Shown here: piece after piece, positions 58,927 to 64,000 of the stretch | How the letters are laid out: each line of letters begins with the position of its first letter | Numbering within the stretch: position 1 is the first letter of the stretch | Source: a virus | Virus record (IMG/VR): IMGVR_UViG_3300018868_001080 | Strand: one strand, 5' to 3' | DNA length: 64,000 nt | Translations under genes and position numbers: made by a program | Notes under the pieces: model-generated | Told to the model about the DNA's origin: nothing | Database searches by the model: none | Seen by the model: only the letters and a program-made list of their open reading frames with translations

Positions 58927-60321
58927 TACGCTGTTCTTGCAGATACGTCTTCTTGCATTAAGAAAATTATATATTTTTTCATTAGTTAATTCTTTCTGAA
59001 AAGATATAGAATCTATAATATCATAATTAGTAAAAAAGTCTGTAAAATTTGCAACTGTAAACGCTTCCTTGTAGGCATACAATTTAGGATGTGAGATATT
59101 ACCTGATTTAATATCCTGAATAAGAGTTGTTAAGAAATTACTTTGCAAAGCTAATGAGTTAACAGATTTCCAGTACTCGTTTTGCTTCCCTGAGCCGAGA
59201 TATGCCACGAGTATGGATTGTTTCGAGTACTCAATAATATTATTAATATTAGCATTAAAACTATCAACAGACAGATTTTTATCATACTCTTCAAGTATAA
59301 GAATTGTATTTTTTATCGAAGTAGATTGCAAAGGTTCTACAAAATGAGAGCAAAGCCCGTTAAAGAGAACATTTTTGTATAAAATATTTTCGAGCTTTCC
59401 AGATTTAAATTTAATAATCTTTCTCGGGGCAATGTGTTTGTTAAAAACATTGTTTATCTCATTCAGCGCACTCTCGTCTGATAAAAATTTGGATGAAAAT
59501 ACATAACCATATCCACATCTAGTGGTGGTAGGAATTCTCCACAACCAACCTGCATTCATTGTAGTAGCAGTTGTAACTAATGTCTCATCTATTACTTCAT
59601 TCTCCACAAAGGGTATTGCTGAATCATTGGGCATATCAGTAAATTCTTGAAATCTGACACCTAATTTATTTGCAATCAATCTATTAAACCCAGAGCAATC
59701 AACATAAAAATCATATTTTGCTGTGTTGCCATGACTTAACACAATAGAAGTTATTGTGCCAGTATGATCTTGCAGAGCATCGATAACTGTATCACTTATA
59801 ACAGCAATACCTCGCTCGAGAGATTTTTTCTCTAAAAATTTAACTGTTAAATGTGTATCAAAATGGAACCCGTAATGTTGTTGTAAAATATTATCTTTAA
59901 CATGCAGTTTGTTCGTTTTTGCTAATTTGTTGTGAGGGTTTAGAGTTGAGTAGAAGCTTTTGACATTGTCCTTTGCTTTTAAAAACCCGTACTGAAAATA
60001 GCCCTCATCATCCACTTTGAGGTCAACACAATTAAAAGTTTGATAGAAGTCATGCTTAGCCCATCCAATGTATTTAAATCCCAATTTAATTGTAGAATTT
60101 GTTTCATTGTAAAATTCTGAAAGATCAATATTCAGTTGCTGCAGAAAAGGAGGCAGAACAGTTGTGGACCCCTCACCAACACCTATTATGCCTATCTCCT
60201 CAGACCTAATCACTGTAACACTAGCATCAGGATATTTTTTTTTAAAAAATAATGCACTTAAAAAACCAGCTGTACCACCACCTACAATTGCAATTCTTTT
60301 GAATTTGTAATGGTCATTCAT
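58900..60321 (-). CDS. Flavin-dependent halogenase family protein (tryptophan halogenase-like)
   Basis: IVGGGTAG, IGVGEGS, TIKLG, YGFHFD, YVDCSGF, WLWRIP, G.GYVFS, FVEPLQST. Confidence 0.92.
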   Translation of the reverse strand: MNDHYKFKRIAIVGGGTAGFLSALFFKKKYPDASVTVIRSEEIGIIGVGEGSTTVLPPFLQQLNIDLSEFYNETNSTIKLGFKYIGWAKHDFYQTFNCVDLKVDDEGYFQYGFLKAKDNVKSFYSTLNPHNKLAKTNKLHVKDNILQQHYGFHFDTHLTVKFLEKKSLERGIAVISDTVIDALQDHTGTITSIVLSHGNTAKYDFYVDCSGFNRLIANKLGVRFQEFTDMPNDSAIPFVENEVIDETLVTTATTMNAGWLWRIPTTTRCGYGYVFSSKFLSDESALNEINNVFNKHIAPRKIIKFKSGKLENILYKNVLFNGLCSHFVEPLQSTSIKNTILILEEYDKNLSVDSFNANINNIIEYSKQSILVAYLGSGKQNEYWKSVNSLALQSNFLTTLIQDIKSGNISHPKLYAYKEAFTVANFTDFFTNYDIIDSISFQKELTNEKIYNFLNARRRICKNSVSRDTKFIF

Positions 60322-60360
60322 GGCATTCCATATAATTTAAGTAAATACCTTAAGATTTCT

Positions 60361-60591
60361 ATGGAAATAACTGGCTGGCTTACATCCTGTCTGCTTTGGC
60401 TTTCTTTTTTTCCAAAAAGCCGGCTCAAGTTACACATGATAGGATTAGTAGCATCACTTGGTAGATTGGGTTATGTGAGCTACTTGTACAATACTTCTAC
60501 TGGCGACCTTGCCAGGCCATTAATAGCCAATTGGAGTGTTATGTGTTGCATCCATTTATACTCAATATATAGATTTAGAAACACAGTATAA
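60361..60591 (+). CDS. Small 3-TM membrane protein (SemiSWEET/PQ-loop- or YgjV-like)
   Basis: Start set to ATG 60361; E..GW....L...SFFP ... P.IANW pattern, hydrophobic. Confidence 0.45.
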   Translation: MEITGWLTSCLLWLSFFPKSRLKLHMIGLVASLGRLGYVSYLYNTSTGDLARPLIANWSVMCCIHLYSIYRFRNTV

Positions 60592-60621
60592 TTTTGCAGT
60601 ATTCAGTATATATTTGAATAT

Positions 60622-61269
60622 ATGAATGTTTTAGTTCTTGTGCCACATGGTGATGATGAAGTCTTGGGCTGTGGTGGGTCCATTGCAAAGCATGTGGACA
60701 GAGGTGATCATGTAACAGTTGTTTTTACAAAAGCTCCTTATGATGAACGGACTGAGAAACAACTGTCCCACACAGATGCAAGCAAAAAAATTCTGGGGTA
60801 TCAAGAGAAAATCCTTCTCAATCTAAATGACAAACAAATGTGTGATCAACTTTCGTTTATCAGAGAATTAGAGAACATTATCTACAAAACAAAACCGTAT
60901 ACAATTTATTCAACTTTCTATGGCGATTTGCATCAAGATCACAGAATGCTGTTTGAGGCGCTCAACAGTGCCTCTCGCGTTTGGGCAGAACACAGAGTAA
61001 ACAGAATACTATTAAATGAAACCATATCATCCACTGGTCAAGGTCTGATCCATAACATTCATCCGTTTGTTCCTAATTATTACAACACACTCAAGGCACA
61101 TCAAGTGGCAAAAAAAGTACAAGCCATTCAATGTTACACCACCGAACTACGAGAATCTGATCATTTACGATCTATGAGCAATATTCATGAACATGCATGC
61201 ATGCGAGGCAGAGAAACCAGTTCACACCTTGCAGAAGCTTTTGTGTTGATGCGCAATCTGGAAGACTGA
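60622..61269 (+). CDS. PIG-L/LmbE family N-acetylhexosamine deacetylase
   Basis: PHGDDE.LGCGG, D.HQDH, K..A...Y..E, AEAF. Confidence 0.93.
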   Translation: MNVLVLVPHGDDEVLGCGGSIAKHVDRGDHVTVVFTKAPYDERTEKQLSHTDASKKILGYQEKILLNLNDKQMCDQLSFIRELENIIYKTKPYTIYSTFYGDLHQDHRMLFEALNSASRVWAEHRVNRILLNETISSTGQGLIHNIHPFVPNYYNTLKAHQVAKKVQAIQCYTTELRESDHLRSMSNIHEHACMRGRETSSHLAEAFVLMRNLED

Positions 61270-61279
61270 TAAATAATAC

Positions 61280-61468
61280 ATGGTAAGTTTGAGCGCTATC
61301 AATGATTTCTTTGATTTGTCCAAACCATGTTCATCAGAAATAAAGCGATGCCGACAACTCAGAAACAGCTACCGGCTTGAACTTGCAAACATGAAGCGGT
61401 GCACAACCTGTGCCATGCGAGTAGTAAAAAACATTTATATTGATAAAATAAATGAATGCTCGAATTAA
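61280..61468 (+). CDS. Small 4-Cys protein (paralog 1)
   Basis: TAAATA 4 nt upstream; FF....PC...I..C..LR...CxxC. Confidence 0.7.
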   Translation: MVSLSAINDFFDLSKPCSSEIKRCRQLRNSYRLELANMKRCTTCAMRVVKNIYIDKINECSN

Positions 61469-61659
61469 CTAAAATAGAGGGGTTCTTCAACATTGACCAA
61501 CCTTGCCCAATTGATATACCTAATTGTGAACAACTTAGGACAGAATTCATGAATAAGCTTGAAGAACTAAGAGCACAAGGTGGTTGCAGTCCTTGCAAAG
61601 CAAGAGGAATCAGAAATCATTACATTCAAATCATCACAGGAGCATATGGAGCTAAGTAA
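61456..61659 (+). CDS. Small 4-Cys protein (paralog 2)
   Basis: Same FF....PC...I..C..LR...CxxC..R...N.YI..I pattern. Confidence 0.7.
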   Translation: MLELTKIEGFFNIDQPCPIDIPNCEQLRTEFMNKLEELRAQGGCSPCKARGIRNHYIQIITGAYGAK

Positions 61660-61975
61660 TTTCATACTAGGATTTCTGTGCACCAGCAGTTTGCTGTTGC
61701 TGTGGTTCTATTCTTCTCTGAAGACAACCTTGGCCAAAATATTGTTCAAAGAGCAAATAACAAACAATGATCAGTTTGAAGACTTGATTGTGATTCGTTG
61801 GAAAAGCGAAAACCTATCACATCTGTCCAGTTGCTACATATGCATGAGCTTTTGGACATCACTTGTTGTGGGGTGTGGCATGACGTTTTTGGGCAGCCCT
61901 AATTACATGCCATTGATCACTTTTTTTACTTACCCCTGTTTGTGTTATGCCATGAAAAAATATGTGTTTGATTGA
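61646..61975 (+). CDS. Membrane protein with CxxC.SFW motif (DUF1360-like)
   Basis: Start set to ATG 61646; hydrophobic segments and L.SCYICMSFW. Confidence 0.6.
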   Translation: MELSNFILGFLCTSSLLLLWFYSSLKTTLAKILFKEQITNNDQFEDLIVIRWKSENLSHLSSCYICMSFWTSLVVGCGMTFLGSPNYMPLITFFTYPCLCYAMKKYVFD

Positions 61976-62003
61976 TGCAATAACTTTTAATAAAAAAATA
62001 TTA

Positions 62004-62031
62004 TTGCATTTCTATCTTCTCCATTTAATAT
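62004..62031 (+). promoter_or_regulatory. Possible host sigma70-like promoter with AT-rich UP element
   Basis: TTGCAT-N16-TAATAT preceded by an A-tract, 6 nt before ATG 62038. Confidence 0.45.
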
Positions 62032-62037
62032 AACAAT

Positions 62038-62238
62038 ATGTTTAAGTACAGGGCCGTTATCAAAGACAATCATCTCGCAAAAGCGAGAAACAAATACATC
62101 AACGCAGCCAATAGCTTGGATGCACACAAGTTTGCGCTTGGCTCTGTGAATCTTGCCAAAGAAGACATTGTGAAGATCATGGATGAAGATGATGTCATGG
62201 TTTACTCATCTGTGACTGGATTCATACACAAACATTGA
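62038..62238 (+). CDS. Small hypothetical protein
   Basis: 66-aa ORF after a sigma70-like promoter; first of a tightly packed run. Confidence 0.65.
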   Translation: MFKYRAVIKDNHLAKARNKYINAANSLDAHKFALGSVNLAKEDIVKIMDEDDVMVYSSVTGFIHKH

Positions 62239-62241
62239 TTC

Positions 62242-62445
62242 ATGACTGACGTTGAGCTAAATTTTGCAGATGTTAGAGCGGTGTTGGATATTATCAATTT
62301 AATGGCATCTCGGGGTGCTATCAAAGGCCAGGAGCTGGCAGTAATAGGTGGCGTATATAATAAATATTTAAACGTCATTGAAAAAATCAAAGAAAAGCAA
62401 GACAGCCCTGGGGCTACAGTTGAATCAGATTCAACGCGTCAATAA
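62242..62445 (+). CDS. Small hypothetical protein
   Basis: D....L.II.....RGAIKG.EL..IG.VY.K pattern, recurrent in large-phage small ORFs. Confidence 0.7.
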   Translation: MTDVELNFADVRAVLDIINLMASRGAIKGQELAVIGGVYNKYLNVIEKIKEKQDSPGATVESDSTRQ

Positions 62446-62602
62446 TAACAGCGTTGAAGTCAATTTCTCTATTACAAGTGATGTTGAAACATTATTTCGC
62501 GATGTGTACAAACTACACAAACTTACAGACAAGCAGTTCTGCAAAAAAATTGGTTCTATAATCGTAGAATACGTGGAGGACAAGTTAAATGAGAAGCATT
62601 GA
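62378..62602 (+). CDS. Small hypothetical protein (start uncertain, possibly TTG 62420)
   Basis: Fills the gap between flanking ORFs and overlaps the next start. Confidence 0.45.
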   Translation: MKKSKKSKTALGLQLNQIQRVNNNSVEVNFSITSDVETLFRDVYKLHKLTDKQFCKKIGSIIVEYVEDKLNEKH

Positions 62603-62801
62603 AATAGAAGTCAAAGACACACACAATGACAAGCAGGATATCATTGTTAAGATAGATGGCAAAGAGGTGGGCATATTGTACATTGATGAAGATCAGAAAT
62701 TTGATTTGTTGAAGATCTTGCGCAGAGGCAAAGATGAGGAAACTGAATTAATTGAGCCGCAAGAGCCAGATGACCTGGATGAAGATGATGATGCGTATTA
62801 A
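62589..62801 (+). CDS. Small acidic hypothetical protein
   Basis: 70 aa with an acidic tail (EPDDLDEDDDAY). Confidence 0.65.
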   Translation: MRSIEIEVKDTHNDKQDIIVKIDGKEVGILYIDEDQKFDLLKILRRGKDEETELIEPQEPDDLDEDDDAY

Positions 62802-62808
62802 ATAATAC

Positions 62809-63621
62809 GTGTTTAAGTATACAGTAGGCTTATCATCGTTTTTCATTGCAGCAATTGCTGCATACTTCTCTATCCGGGGCATATCCTTGTTATTTGCTGG
62901 CAGCTTCTGGCCTGTGGTGTTGATGGCCAGTGCACTGGAGATTGGCAAGCTGGTTGCAACCAGTAGTTTGTATCAATATTATCATGAATTGAACAGATTC
63001 ATAAAGACATATCTATTTGCAGCCATAGCAGTTTTGATGATCATTACAAGCCTGGGCATATTCGGCTTTTTATCCGATGCATTTTACAGAAGCAAAATCA
63101 AATATGACACTATTTCTGCTAAAGTCACTTTTATTGAGGAGAAGAAGATAACTTTGCAGCAAAAATTTGATTACAACAAGGACAGAGTCAAAACACTATC
63201 CAATATCCGTACCTCGCAGGAAGAAAGATTATCTGCCACAACCAAACAAAACACAAGCACACAAAAGAGTGGCTTGTTTGGTACTGATCAATCCATTGAT
63301 GCCAGTGCACTCCGAAGCAAGACCAAGATCTTGGATAACGTAAGTGAAGAGATAAGAACTGCAAACTTACAGATTGATCAAATTAACAAGGAAAACAGTG
63401 ACACCATGCATGAGCTGGAATTGCTCAATGCACAATTATTAGAGTTTAAGCAAAATGAAAGCAAAGAATCTGATATAGGTACATTTAAATTTATTGCAAA
63501 GTCCTTCAATCTGCCGCTAGATGATGCAGTTAAATATTTTGTAATTTCGCTAGTGTTTGTTTTTGATCCATTAGCAGTCATTCTGTTAATAGTTTTCAAT
63601 TCTCTGATAAAAAAAAAGTAA
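62809..63621 (+). CDS. Multi-pass membrane protein with coiled coil
   Basis: Three N-terminal hydrophobic helices (AAYFSI.G...LE.GKLV...ITS.GIFGFLS), coiled coil, C-terminal [10 protein letters not shown]; TAAATA 4 nt before GTG. Confidence 0.85.
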   Translation: MFKYTVGLSSFFIAAIAAYFSIRGISLLFAGSFWPVVLMASALEIGKLVATSSLYQYYHELNRFIKTYLFAAIAVLMIITSLGIFGFLSDAFYRSKIKYDTISAKVTFIEEKKITLQQKFDYNKDRVKTLSNIRTSQEERLSATTKQNTSTQKSGLFGTDQSIDASALRSKTKILDNVSEEIRTANLQIDQINKENSDTMHELELLNAQLLEFKQNESKESDIGTFKFIAKSFNLPLDDAVKYFVISLVFVFDPLAVILLIVFNSLIKKK

Positions 63622-64000
63622 TAGCTGATCAGTTAGATGTGGTGGTGCCTACTGTAACGCCTACACCTACTGTAACGCCTACACCTACTGTAACGCCTAC
63701 ACCTACACCTACTGTAACGCCTACACCTACACCTACTGTAACGCCTGCACCTACTGTAACGCCTACACCTACTGTAACGCCTACCATTACACCCACAACA
63801 TCACCTGCAGCTGCATTATCTCTGCCTGATGCATTGCAGCAAATACCAAGTAGCAAGCGTGATGGCACTGTGTACTGGAGCAAAATGACATGGCCGCTAC
63901 CTGCATTGACACCTACACCATGTGCACAAGAGAGTGAAAAAATAGAATCAAAAGAAATAAATAATGCAAATTTTATACGCATAATTGACAACACACCATC
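63618..64000 (+). CDS. Pro/Thr-repeat reading frame, probable -1 frameshift extension of 62809..63621 (runs off the right edge)
   Basis: The -1 frame reads [21 protein letters not shown]...[28 protein letters not shown]... with no stop to 64000. It has no ATG before the repeat. Confidence 0.6.
63648..63785 (+). repeat. Tandem repeat, 7 copies of CCTACTGTAACG(CCTACA)1-2 encoding PTVTPT(PT)
   Basis: Units of 18,18,24,24,18,18,18 bp read directly from the sequence. Confidence 0.92.

Noticed and set aside
31345-61269. Eukaryotic or NCLDV origin suggested by eukaryote-like GT families and an RFC-like gene
   Set aside because: The surrounding terminase, sheath, tube and gp6/gp25/gp53 genes define a tailed T4-like bacteriophage.
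63648-63785. Repeat array as a possible CRISPR or iteron array
   Set aside because: There are no unique spacers, unit lengths are multiples of 3, and it encodes a PT tract like those elsewhere.
1-64000. Stop-codon reassignment as in some large phages
   Set aside because: Coding density is near complete under the standard code, and genes end normally at TAG (e.g. 38074, 50126) and TGA.
1-64000. tRNA/rRNA genes, introns or inteins
   Set aside because: Intergenic gaps are mostly under 60 nt with no cloverleaf seen; TerL, the clamp loader and the sheath are of normal length and uninterrupted.

Overview
This window is a 64-kb segment of a large T4-like (myovirus) bacteriophage genome, standard genetic code, with no tRNA, rRNA, CRISPR array or transposase seen. 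Positions 1-20.7 kb hold packaging, tail and baseplate genes: TerL, a gp3-like protein, sheath, tube, hub/wedge genes, a displaced TerS, gp25 and gp6. A dUTPase and clamp-loader pair is embedded among them. Positions 20.7-31.3 kb and 37.4-48.2 kb encode large outer virion/fibre proteins with PKD, beta-propeller, LamG, L-type lectin, Mtd-N and S74 modules, several with mucin-like Pro/Thr repeats. Two enzyme islands are interleaved with these structural genes. Island 1 (31.3-37.4 kb) has a GT60 polypeptide GlcNAc-transferase, other GTs, methyltransferases and an HtrL-GT fusion. Island 2 (48.2-61.3 kb) has GT8, GT32, GT2/GT7 and GT31 enzymes, four radical SAM enzymes, two PhyH-type dioxygenases, a flavin halogenase-family protein and a PIG-L deacetylase. 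The best candidate for an undescribed system is a phage-encoded virion O-glycosylation/tailoring pathway. It would have two acceptor classes: Pro/Thr repeats and a strongly over-represented L-S-[A/G] tripeptide in outer virion proteins. A probable -1 frameshift at A9G adds a Pro/Thr tail to a membrane protein at the right end. Most late genes have a TAAATA box only 4-9 nt before the start codon and no Shine-Dalgarno sequence. All family assignments are by motif recognition, not database search.
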